A stretch of DNA of 64,000 nt from Balanoglossus misakiensis (taxonomy: Eukaryota; Animalia; Hemichordata), in assembly GCA_040954595.2 (NCBI GenBank), contig CM082588.2:12413398-12477397 (forward strand), given 5' to 3'. The notes beneath the pieces were generated by a model. It was not told where the DNA came from, made no database searches, and worked only from the letters and a program-made list of their open reading frames with translations. Positions 27,127 through 38,431 of this stretch are shown here, piece after piece (positions within the stretch are counted from its first letter, which is position 1; each line of letters begins with the position of its first letter). Made by a program: the position numbers and the translations under genes.

Positions 27127-28306
27127 ACCTGGGTTTGTTCTTAGGTTGTTGTATGTGTTTACACTCATCATGTTTATTGTAGAACCAGGGTCGATCAGTG
27201 AGGCAACTGCTGTTTGTTCTATCTGCACTATTACTCGAGGCCTCCTGCCATTCGATTGTTGTACAGTGAAGCAGTATTCATCTCCCGAGCTGTCTTCCAC
27301 TTTATGCACACCTTTGACAGTTTCATCCTTGTCTACCCTATTTGCCTTGCCTCTTGATCGGCAGCATTTGGAAAAATGGTGAGGTTTGTCACATTTCCTG
27401 CATGACTTGCCTTTAGCTGGACATACTGAGTCATGTGGATAGGTGCCACCACAATAATAACAAGTGGACGGTCCTTTCGCTGGCTGCTGATGAGCTCTCT
27501 TTTGTTTATTTGGTTTCGGGCGTTGATGGCGCTGTTTTCTGACCGCATTCACAGATGCCATATCTGCAAGATTATTTTGGGTTTTCTCCTCAATCCCACT
27601 AGCCTGAACCTCTGATACCTCAAACGAACGGGCTATACTCAGTAGATTCTCTAGTGTCGTCTCCTCCCGAAGAGCACGACGTCTGAGACGGGCTGATGTG
27701 AATCCTCGTATGATTTGTGATTTGACCTCTTGATCCTTATTGGTGAAGTCACATATGTTTCTGCTAGGCGTTGCAAACAAGTGTGATAGGCATCAATCGA
27801 TTCGCCGTTGTTTTGTATGGTGTCTCTGAAGATGAATCGTTCGTATTCAATGTTCTGTTTGGGTGAGAAGTACGACGTAAGCTTTAATTTGGCTGTTTTA
27901 CAGCTCGTTCCTGTATCTGGTAGAGTATCAAAGATGTCGGAAACTTCCTGACCTGCCCAGTGCAATAGCAGTGCATGTTGTCGCTTGTCATCTGTAATGT
28001 TGAATGCGACAAATGCGTTTTCTACTCTAGCCATGTACTTTTTCCATCTCGTACTGGTGGTTGTCGGGTCTGAATGAACAGGAAAACTCATTGACGGCTA
28101 GCTGATTCTCCATGTTCTCCGTCCTCGTCGCCAAATATAGAATCGTGGGTGGGCAATAATGACAACACGAGACACCAAGTCCGGCATGTAAGAGTGAGAG
28201 TGCCTAGCCTCGTTCATGCAATTTATTCATAATGACCCGAATGTTGCATTACGTCATTTTACAGAATGTATAAAGTATAGATGCTCACTAGTGTTTGGAC
28301 ACTACA
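27127..28306 (-). mobile_element. Gypsy LTR/gag remnant, copy 2
   Basis: PBS at 28133-28122; twin of 11590-12772. Confidence 0.85.
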
Positions 28307-28507
28307 ATATACATGTGACTGCAGTGTCTTTCCAATCATGAATTTGCAAGGTGTCCTTCGGAGAAAATCTTTTGATTCTCTTTTCTGATTTGCTTTGCAT
28401 ATTTAACTTAATGATCTCATTTGTTGGAATTCCCTGTCTCAAATTTTTGATGATCAGTCTCTGCCCCATTGCTCATCGTCCCAACTTTCTTGTGTATTGA
28501 AAACCAG

Positions 28508-28632
28508 GAATCAACCAATATGTGATCCCAATCCATGCTTGAACAGTGGTTTTTGCCAGATGACATCTGGATCATGTGAACTGTACACATGTTTCTGTCA
28601 GAATTGTTACACTGATGACCTTTGTGAACAAA
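28508..28632 (+). pseudogene. EGF-like exon, copy 2 (2-nt insertion)
   Basis: Twin of 12974-13098. Confidence 0.75.
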
Positions 28633-29242
28633 GTAAGTTTTGATTTATTGTCTTGGGTTAATAATTTATACAGTTCAAAGTATCACCATTTCTTTCAATG
28701 TGTAGATTTTTTTGTTTTTCGCTACAAGTGTAATCAAGATCTGCATGAAAATTTGGGTCGCTGTTCTAGTTTTAAATGTATACTTAACTACTATCAATAA
28801 TCACGAACACAATCCTGGGTTTGGGGGTCAAAGGTCAACTGCCTTTAATGACAAATTGACAGGCTACACAGCCAAATACGCCAAACTTGAAATACAACAA
28901 TCAATACTGAACAAGAAACAGTGAGAACAAACAAGAAGCAGCAAATAGGGTGGGTGGGTGGGTTTTTTGCGTTGAACAAGTGTGGCTATGCTAAGCAAGA
29001 TGGCGACTGCCACAGCCTCGTACCAGGACTAGGGGAGAGCCACCTCGTACCCGCCCATTTAAATTGCAATAAAACAGAGTGTTATTGTCCACTTAAATGT
29101 ATGCTTAACTACTATCAATAATCACGAAGACAATCCTGGGTTTGGGGGTCAAAGGTCAACTGCCTTTAATGACAAATTGACAGGCTACACAGCCAAATAC
29201 ACCAAACCCCCAAACACCAGGACTACCAGCCCTCATCATTAA

Positions 29243-30240
29243 CTAAGCAATAGCTAGGGCCATGGATTTGGCAACTTTAAGCTTAGTGGCTTCGTTAGCA
29301 ACTGTATAACGTTCGTACGCATTGGAGCTCCAGTCGCCCTGCAATTTGATCAGGACTGGAGGGATACCCAGGTTAAAGGCAAATGTGGCTCCTCCTCTGC
29401 GGAAGGAATGACCAGAGTAATCGGCAGGTTTGAAACCGCAATCACTTAACACTGATTTATGTGTCTTTGTAAATTTGGAGTGGGTTAGGGTACGCAAAAG
29501 GGGGGCCTGTTTACCCACGGAAGCAGCATAAGAAAACAAGTGAGCTGACCTGGAATGAGCTGGAGAAAGGTTAACCATATTTTGGTAGGCCATGATAGGG
29601 CAAAGGCAAGAATTTGGAACATTACTGAGTGGCAGCGTTAAAACACGCTGGCCGTACTGAATAGTTTTTGTGTGTCTAATTGTCAGCTTTGCACCAAAAT
29701 CACAAATTACAAAGTCATCTCTGCGCAAGTACTTGTCTGTAGCAGGCAGTCTATCTGTTGCGCTGAGCAGAGTACTCTTTCTGGCAAATGTGAAGAAGGC
29801 GATCAAGCAGGCACACCAAAATGTCGCGTTAAATGGGATGGTGAGATCAAGCCTAGCATGAACATCTTCCAGAATACGTGGTGTAATTGGTAACTTCTGC
29901 TTTGGGGGTACTCCATGAGTGCGAGCGATGCCGCGTTTGACAATTTCCAAGAGCCAGTTGTCCTCCAGTGGGTAGGGCGCCCCGGCCTCTGCATGTATTA
30001 AACGAACAACATTGAGGTAGCCTGGGATGCTTGTTGGCTTTAAGGTCCGGGCTAAGAATACCGCATAGCGACAGACTGTGAGGTGTGTACAGGGAACTGG
30101 ACGGAGTCCGAAATACAGACAGAAGCGTAGATAGGCCAGTCGTTGTGAGCTGTAGGTACGCTTTGTAGACTCCGCGTAGGCTGCTCCCTTGTATGAGGCA
30201 ATGTCGCTATCCAGCTTCTGAATTTGGTGTTGCACAAGTC
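29243..30240 (-). CDS. Tyrosine recombinase (open frame; probably a spliced second exon)
   Basis: FARKS (R), TKT (K), GHSFRRGGAT (HxxR), GDWSSNAYERY (W, Y); no early ATG; 3' splice site at 30241. Confidence 0.9.
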
Positions 30241-31812
30241 CTGTAGCAGGAAATGATATGTGTTGTAAGACATGTATAAATGCCAGTTATTGACAAGGTC
30301 AATGCTATGGATCTGAAGGTACAATGTACTCTAATGCTTTGAAATAGTGTTTGCATTCATGTAGCCTAGAGATCGAGTCAGCACAGTTCTCGTTTGTACT
30401 AACATATCTTGCCGTAATATAAAAGTTGCTGGTAGCTGAGAGCCAAAAGATCTCTCGCAGCCATACCATAGCTTGTTTGTTGCGTGAGGTGCCAGAGTTT
30501 ATAACATACATAGTAGTTGTGTTATCAGTGTAAACTACTATGTGCCGCTTATCCCAAAAGCAGTGCCATCGCCTGCAGGCAAGTGGGACCGTGTAAAGTT
30601 CCTTCAAATTAATGTGCATTTCCGCTAGCATAGGAGAATCCGCTCGCCACTGACTGTAAAACCAGTCGCTCCTGTAAACGCCCGCTCCCGCTGTGTCGCA
30701 AGCATCGGTGACAAAAACCTGTCTGGGCACCGGGGTGTCATCGATGAAGAACGCCGTGCCGTTAAAAGTTTCGCAGAGGTTTGTCCACCAATTAATGTCA
30801 GCTTTAGCTTCAGCATTAAGACGCACATGATGAGATTGACGGGTTACAGTATTAGTAACATCAATCAGACGCCGCAAGAAAGTTCGCCCACCGCGGATGA
30901 CCCGAGAGGCCCAATTTAATTTGCCGACCAGTCTCTGCAGCTCCCTTTTTGTAGCACGCTTCCTATTGTCCCAGGAGTGCAAATAACCACGCAATTCTTG
31001 CAGTTTTTTATTGTCAAGAGAAAGTGTCCGCGAGACTGTGTCCATCTGTACTCCTAGAAAGGTGAGACGCTGCGTAGGGTGAACTACTTTGTCCCAATTT
31101 ATTGTAAACCCCAACTGCTGCAAGAGGTGAAGTAGCGCTTTGAAAGCCTCTTCGCATGCCCGCTGTGATTCCGCAAGGATTAAGAAATCATCAAGGTATA
31201 CTATTACGGCCTGATATCCCTTGCGACGCATCATACGAGTGACACTTTGTGTAATTCTGCTAAAGATTTCCGGGCTCCTGGCGGCACCAAAGGGGAGCCT
31301 TGTGTCGGCCATGTATGTCCAATTTGTATTTCCTGAGAATTTGTATTTGAGTCCCGTTGCTCGCTGGGAGTCTAGGCTAATCGGCACTGACCGGTAGGCA
31401 GATATAAGGTCAATTTTTGCCAAGAAGGCGTTGGGTGTACATAATGATACCGCGTGGTCGATAGTTTCATAGGTGAATGATGTAGTGGTAGCATATGAAT
31501 TGAAAGTCTGATTTTCTTTGAGTCTTTTTTGGGGATTGCTCCCAAACTACTAACAATGTCCGGTTTTGTTTCTACACAAATATAGTTGCCGCTTGCAATT
31601 TCCAGCTGGATTTGGTCCTCAACTGCCGCACGGTTACTCGCCTTGTTAACTGATGCGTAATTGTTCCTTTCCACTTTGGTGAGTGGAATGCCAGGCGTAA
31701 TAATATCAAAGCCATGTTTAATACCGTTAATCAAGAATTCCTTGTCAAAGTCTGAAACTAGTTCGTGTTCCCAAGTTGCTAAACGATCCGTCAGAGGGCT
31801 GGAGATTTTGTC
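30052..31812 (-). pseudogene. RT/RNase H of Ngaro-1 copy 2, with two frameshifts
   Basis: YLDD and RNase H motifs; deletion at ~31503 and 7-nt insertion at ~30323 relative to copy 1. Confidence 0.9.
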
Positions 31813-32799
31813 CTAGGCCTGATTATTGGTGGCTTTGTGGGGTGTCCCAGCTTTATGGCGGTACTGTGGATGGTCTTTTTGACAACCCTCCTCAATACAC
31901 ACGTGCGCGTAGCGACAGGAGGCCCTATTACAACTGCTCTGGTTCTGGAAATCAAAACAGATTTGTTTTCCTTTGGTGTCGAAAGTGCGCCCTTTTCCAG
32001 ACACCTTGATCTTTTGGGAAGTCTGTCGTTTTTCTAGATTGTATAGAGACAAATGGAGGTTGACAGTGCCCCATGTAGTATCGGACGTGGCCTGTTTTTT
32101 TCTGTATTCGTGGTCGTACGTCATCACAGAAGGGGTACTGAATGACTGCACATATTCGCCAATGTTAATTGTGTGGTCAAGGTAATCCGAGACATCCTCC
32201 TGCGAAGCACCACGTGACATCAATGTCTTGAGGATTCTGGCGTTAGCTGACACCCATTGCGCTAGTGTCACCTGATTGGGCTTAGGGCGTTGCGTGGCCG
32301 TGCGCATCACTAATTTCGTATCGCCTTCAGTTATCAGTTCGGTTTCATCGGTAGAATCGAAGGAACCTTTCGTTGTCACATAGTCTGGGATGAGAAGGGG
32401 TTTGGTTTTCTGCTCACCTTTCTGACACTTGGCTGCAGATGCCGGTTTTTGGTCGATAATCAGATCTTGTAAGGTATCGTCCCCCATCGACTGTAGCATC
32501 TCGTTCAGTTCCTTAAGCTTGGCCAGGTCTTTTGTCGTGACATTTTTTGCCTCAGCCATGTCTTCCTTCTCAAATGTGGTTTTGCTCTGGGGGTCTGCCG
32601 CTAACAGTTGGTTCCGGGCGTGACGCAGTATACTTCGTTGGCCGATTGGGAGACCTATGTCGCCAATGTCCTTGTCGTCCAAGCACTTCAGCGTTGATTT
32701 TGTCGTGATCGCTTCATCTGTTAATTTACTGATGGTGTCTTTCGACATACCGGTTGATTCGCACCACTCGACGAAGGCATAATCAGCGCTTTCCGTCAT
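31813..32799 (-). CDS. Gag-like ORF1 with SAM-like N-terminus and C-terminal Cys/His zinc finger
   Basis: Intact 328-aa ORF starting 19 nt after A1; ICFDFQ..C..C..H.C..C..H..H. Confidence 0.85.
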   Translation of the reverse strand: MTESADYAFVEWCESTGMSKDTISKLTDEAITTKSTLKCLDDKDIGDIGLPIGQRSILRHARNQLLAADPQSKTTFEKEDMAEAKNVTTKDLAKLKELNEMLQSMGDDTLQDLIIDQKPASAAKCQKGEQKTKPLLIPDYVTTKGSFDSTDETELITEGDTKLVMRTATQRPKPNQVTLAQWVSANARILKTLMSRGASQEDVSDYLDHTINIGEYVQSFSTPSVMTYDHEYRKKQATSDTTWGTVNLHLSLYNLEKRQTSQKIKVSGKGRTFDTKGKQICFDFQNQSSCNRASCRYAHVCIEEGCQKDHPQYRHKAGTPHKATNNQA

Positions 32800-33172
32800 T
32801 TTTCGTTTTCGCGCCTGTTTTTGCGTTGAACAAGCGTGGCTATGCTAAGCAAGATGGCGACTGCCACAGCCTCGTACCAGGACTAGGGGAGAGCCACCTC
32901 GTACCCGCCCATTTAAATTGCAATAAAACAGAGTGTTATTGTCCACTATGAATTATGAGGCTTTTCTATGAGCAGAGCCATTCAATGAAATTAAACATGG
33001 TGACCATATGATTTTATCTGACCACGGAATATAATTTCTATTGATGGAGCCATTTGAATTTTTGTTTATACATGAAAATAGCAATACTGGAAGTAAGTAA
33101 GCATTATATCCCATGTTCTATGTCACACACGTGGCTATATGGGCCAGTTCATGTGATAACAAACATAATTAA

Positions 33173-36100
33173 AGCTGCAAGCAGCATTGGCGGGGCACAA
33201 GCGGTTCCCATGGTGACCAGCAAATGCCACGGCTGTATCTGCTGGGGATACCAAGATATGGAAAAGTAGGTCAAAGGTCACCTGAGGTCACCCCAAATTT
33301 GGTCAAAAAAATCGGACCCCACACTAGTCTAGGTCCAACAAAAACCAGACCCCTAGCTCTATTGGTTCGCCTAGAATTAGGTATGCACATAATTAATGAG
33401 GTATTGTGTAAGACTCCATATGTGCTCCACCGCCCCCCCCCCCCCCCCCAAAAAGCCAGGACTCTAACTGCTGTGGATGCTGAGATATGGGAAAGTAGGT
33501 CAAAGGTCATCCAAGGTCACCCAAAATTTGGGCATAAAATTTTGACCCCAGAGTGGGCCATGTCAAACTAAAACCAGACCTCTAGCCCTATTGGATAGCC
33601 TGGAATTAGATATGCAGAAAAATGATGTTTCAGAAATAGGTCAAGGGTTATTGCTAAAATTACCAAAATAGTTGTGTCATGTCCTGGCAGCATTGGTACC
33701 CATGTCCACAAAATTCATGACTGTGGTGCTTTTACAAGAGGAGCTATGGGGAATATGCATATATAATTAGTTGTTGTAAAACTGGGTCAAAGGTCATGTG
33801 AAAATTGCCCCCCAAAATTGTGACAACTTCTGGTCATATGATGACTCATATCCAAAGAAAGAATTTCCATGCTGTCAACATTTTGGCTAAAAAACGGAAT
33901 TTTCATTTTTCAATGGTTTTCCGAAAATCCAACATGGCCGCCATAATGATCGACCAATCACAGTGCGCTTCGCAAACTTGATAGACATAGGTTAGGTGAC
34001 CACATACCCCGAATCCCGTGACTCGGCAATCGCTGGTTCTGGAGAAGAAGATTTTTAAAGTTTTAAGCAGTTTTTCAGAAAAACAATTGTAGCAAAAAAA
34101 CTTTATGTATGACGTCATGATTTTAATGGGGTAAAATGATGGACATAAGGTAGGCTACCTGCACACCAAATTTGAACTCGATAGGCCCAGTGGTTTTTGA
34201 GAAGGACTCGTTTAACGATTTTCAGGAAATCCAATATGGCCGCCAGGTCACGTGACTAATTAAATATTCACGAGCCACTGCACGTCTACTCATTGGCCCC
34301 TATCACCCTACCAAGTTTCAGCCCCCTAGGTGCTGGGGTTTTCCAGATCTACCTGGCCGAATTTTGGGGAAGAAGAAGAAGAAGAATTAAAGCTGCAAGC
34401 AGCATTGTCCGGGCCCAAGCTATATTATCTTATCTGATTATTAGATATGCACATAATTAATGAGAAGAAACATAATGCTGTATTTTATCCCATGAAATGT
34501 CAAGGTTATATCTATGTTTGGTGTTGATATAGTGTTAAGTAGGTCAAAGGTCACCCAGAGGTCACCCAAAATTTGGGCAGACAATTTTGACCCGTAGTGT
34601 TCCATGTCCAACAAAAAACAGATCTCTACCCCTTTTGGTTAGCCCGGAATTAGGTATGCACATAAATAATGAGTTAAGCAGGTGTCACAGGTGACCCAAA
34701 ACTTTGGCTTTTCATTATGGCCCCATACCTCCAAACGCCAAGGCTGTATCTGCTGTGGATGTCGAGATATGCAAAAGTAGGTCAAAGGTCACCCGAGGTC
34801 ACCCAACATTTGGGCAAAATATTTTGACCACATACTGGTCCATGTATAACAAAAACAAAACCTCTAGGTCTATTGGTTCATCTGTAATTAGATATGTGCA
34901 TATTTAATGAGGTCAGCAGAGGTCAAAGGGGTCATGAAAAGTAGCAAAATTTTTTGATCACATACAAATCCACATACATCAAAAACCAAACTTATAGCCG
35001 CATTGGTTAGCCTGGAATTAGATATGCAGAAAAATGATGCGTCAAAAGTAGGTCAAAGGTCATTGCCAAAATTACCAAAATATTTATAGCTGATTCTTGT
35101 CATATGATGATTCATATCCATAAAAAGAATTTCTGTGCTATCAATTTTTAGGCTAGAAAGGGAATTTTTACTTTTTAATCGTTTTTCACAAAATCCAATA
35201 TGGCCGCCATAATCTTCGACCAATCACATTCTTCTTAGCAAACTTGATAGACATATGTTTAATGACCACACACACCAAAGCTTGTGACTCGGTTATCGCC
35301 GGTTCTTGAAAAGAAGATTTTTGAAATTTTACTAGGGTTTTTCGAAAATCCAATATGGCCGCCAAAATCTTCGACCAATCACAATGATCTTCGCAAACTT
35401 GATAGACATAAGTTAGGTGACCACATACACCAAACCTTGTGTCTTGGTTATCACCGGTTCTGGAGAAGAAGATTTTTGAAATTTAAGCCAGATTTCAGAA
35501 AAAAAATTGTAGCAAAAAACTGCAACATTGTCAGCATAATTTCCAATTACAAAAATGATGGGCAGTAGGTAGTCTACCAGCACGCCAAATTTGAAGTCGA
35601 TCTGACTTGTAGTTTTTGAGATCTGAGATTTGTATTTTTTCAGAAAATCCAAGATGGCCGCCAGGTCACGTGACTAATTAAAAATTCAAGGGTTCAATGC
35701 ACGACTACTCATTGACCTTGACCACTGTAACAAGTTTCAGAAGTGTACCTGCAGCGGTGTCTGAGATCTCGTGGGTCAAAGAATTGACACAAGAATAAAG
35801 AAAGAAAGAAAGAAAAATTCCAACGAAACCAATACGGGCCCAAGCCTGGCTTGGCTTGGGCCCGTAATTAAAGCTGCAAGCAGCGTTGGCGGGGCACAAG
35901 CGGTTCCCATGGTAACCAGCAAATGCCAAGGCTGTATCTGCTGTGGATGCCAAGATATTGGAAAGTAGGTCAAAGGTCACCTGAGGTCACCCCAAATTTG
36001 GGCAAAAAAATCGGACCCCATACAAGTCTAGGTCCAACAAAAACAAGACCCCTAGCTCTATTGGTTCGCCTAGAATTAGGTATGTGCATAATTAATGAGG

Positions 36101-37197
36101 TCTTGTGTAAGACTCCATATGTGCTCCATCTGCCCCACAAAAGCCAGGACTCTAACTGCTGTGGATGCTGAGATATGGGAAAGTAGATCAAAGGTCATCC
36201 AAGGTCACCCAAAATTTGGGCATAAAATTTTGACCCCAGAGTGGGCCATGTCCAACTAAAACCAGACCTCTAGCCCTATTGGTTAGCCTGGAATTAGATA
36301 TGCAGAAAAATGATGTTTCAGAAATAGGTCAAGGGTCATTGCCAAAATTACCAAAATATTTGTGTCATGTCCTGGCAGCATTGGTACCCATGTCCACAAA
36401 ATTCATGACTGTGATGCTTTGACAAGAGGAGGTATGGGGAATATGCATATATAATTAGTTGTTTTAAACTGGGTCAAAGGTCATGTGAAAATTGCCCTGA
36501 AAAATTGTGACAACTTCCGGTCATATGATGACTCATATCCAAAAAAAGAATTTCCATGCTGTCATCATTTTGGCTACAAAACGGAATTATCACTTTTCAA
36601 TGGTTTTCCGAAAATCCAATATGGCCGCCATAATGATCGACCAATCACAGTGCGCTTCGCAAACTTGATAGACATAGGTTAGGTGACCACATATCCCAAA
36701 TCCCGAGACTCGGTAACCGCTGGTTCTGGAGAAGTAGATTTTTAAAGTTTAAAGTAGTTTTTCAGAAAAACAATTGTAGCAAAAAAACTTTATGTATGAC
36801 GTCATGATTTCAATGGGGTAAAATGATGGACAGAAGGTAGGCTACCTGCACACCAAATTTGAACTCGATCGGCCCAGTGGTTTTTGAGAAGGACTCATTT
36901 AACGATTTTCAGGAAATCCAATATGGCCGCCAGGTCACGTGACTAATTAAATATTCACGGGCCACTGCACGTCTACTCATTGGCCCCTACCACCCTACCA
37001 AGTTTCGGCCCCCTAGGTGCTGCCGTTTTCCAGATTTACAATGACATATTTCTCGGAAGAAGAAGAATAATAATAATAATAAGAAAAATTCCAACAATAA
37101 CAATGGGGGCACAAGCCGCCTGAGGGCGCTTGTGCCCCCAATAAAGAAAAATTCCAACAATACCAATAGGGGCACAAGCCCGATAGGCTTGTGCCCC
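33173..37197 (-). mobile_element. Nested cluster of three HINE/Helentron-like elements
   Basis: TAATTAA on both sides; empty site at 38712-38718; three AGCTGCAAGCAGC ends (33173, 34391, 35872); GGGGCACAAGC / GGGCCCAAGC subterminal inverted repeats; (GAA)n. Confidence 0.8.
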
Positions 37198-37514
37198 TAA
37201 TTAATGGGTAAATGGCAGCGAGAGAGAGACTTTGTCCCTTTAATTCTTGAGTTGATTGGCGAGCCGCCTTCGATTCGATCAGGATGACCTCCAATCACAA
37301 AGTGTATATCAATACATGTGACACTAGGACCCTGAGAACTAACCAGGGGTAAGGGAAAAGGTAGCCCTTAGAAAAAAATTTGGTAAGGTTACACCTGACA
37401 TGTTGAAAGATGTGCCCCCGGGACATGCCCCACCTTAGGTTGACACCAGAGTTTCACAAGAAAGTTGTGTATGACACAAAAACGGAAAATTCCCCCGTAC
37501 TTACTATTCATCAG

Positions 37515-38051
37515 ACAGTTTTATGAGTAGTAACAATAGGAGCCGTGGGGTAAATGCCAAAAGAAGTTGCCCTCCTTGTCCTAGGGCAGGCGAATATGAC
37601 AACAGCAGATCACATAGCATTCGTGGGAAGGAGGGGATTCAACCCACACTTTCTTATTGGTGTTGGGAAAATGATGCCCTTGAACCCATGCCCAGAAACA
37701 CTTTCCGATCAAGGTATGATCCAAGTCTGGGTGAAGGAGGGCCTTGGGGACAGGATGTTTTCAGTTATGGGGAGGCATGGGATAGGGACAATTTCGACAC
37801 TTTTGCCACGTGCAGTACAGAGGGGATGCGATCAGAACCATTATCCTGGAGATTTTGCAGGGACGTTCCATCAATATGAACTGGAAGGGTTTACCAGATA
37901 TTTTACGCCACCTGCACCCCCATATTCAATGAGGCCCACACCGAACCCAGCTAGTCCATACAACCAACAGTATGAATCACCACCTCATGCTGGGCGTAGC
38001 CATAGGCTATACATGCCTGCCGGTATCGAAGACAATTATGAGTATTGGTAG
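37515..38051 (+). other. Orphan exon-like segment with overlapping 118-aa and 165-aa ORFs; possibly a frameshifted terminal exon
   Basis: Acceptor-like ttcatcag at 37507-37514, Pro/Tyr-rich end, downstream AATAAA at ~38116; no recognisable domain. Confidence 0.3.
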
Positions 38052-38431
38052 CAGACCCCTCTTGAGAATGAATCATGGTTCCACCCTTATGGTATAAAGT
38101 AAGATTACTCCATGCTAATAAATGACAATATTAGAATGAAAGTACATTCCAAGTGACTTGTTGGGAGCATCGGGCCACTTAATCCCAAAAAATTGCAATC
38201 GGCCTGATTTTCAGTTAACCAATCTAAAGCCCAACTTTTCGTGTATTTAGTTGGGTTTCTAAAACTAACAAATTTTTTGACAATATTAATGGCATGATGA
38301 ATACTACTCTCATCAAATCAAATAATGTTGTGTCGTCCACAACTGGTGTAATTTTTATGTGTTTGGAATCGTAGACACCATTTATCTTTTAGTCAACTCT
38401 AAATCTAATATAACAGTCGTGAAAATTGCTA

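Larger units (their letters stand above)
28773..32947 (-). mobile_element. Near-complete Ngaro-type tyrosine-recombinase retrotransposon, family 1 (A1-gag-pol-YR-B1-A2-B2)
   Basis: Split direct repeats A1 32818-32947, A2 28963-29093, B1 29094-29207, B2 28773-28886; gag, RT/RH and YR ORFs; no methyltransferase domain seen. Confidence 0.95.
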
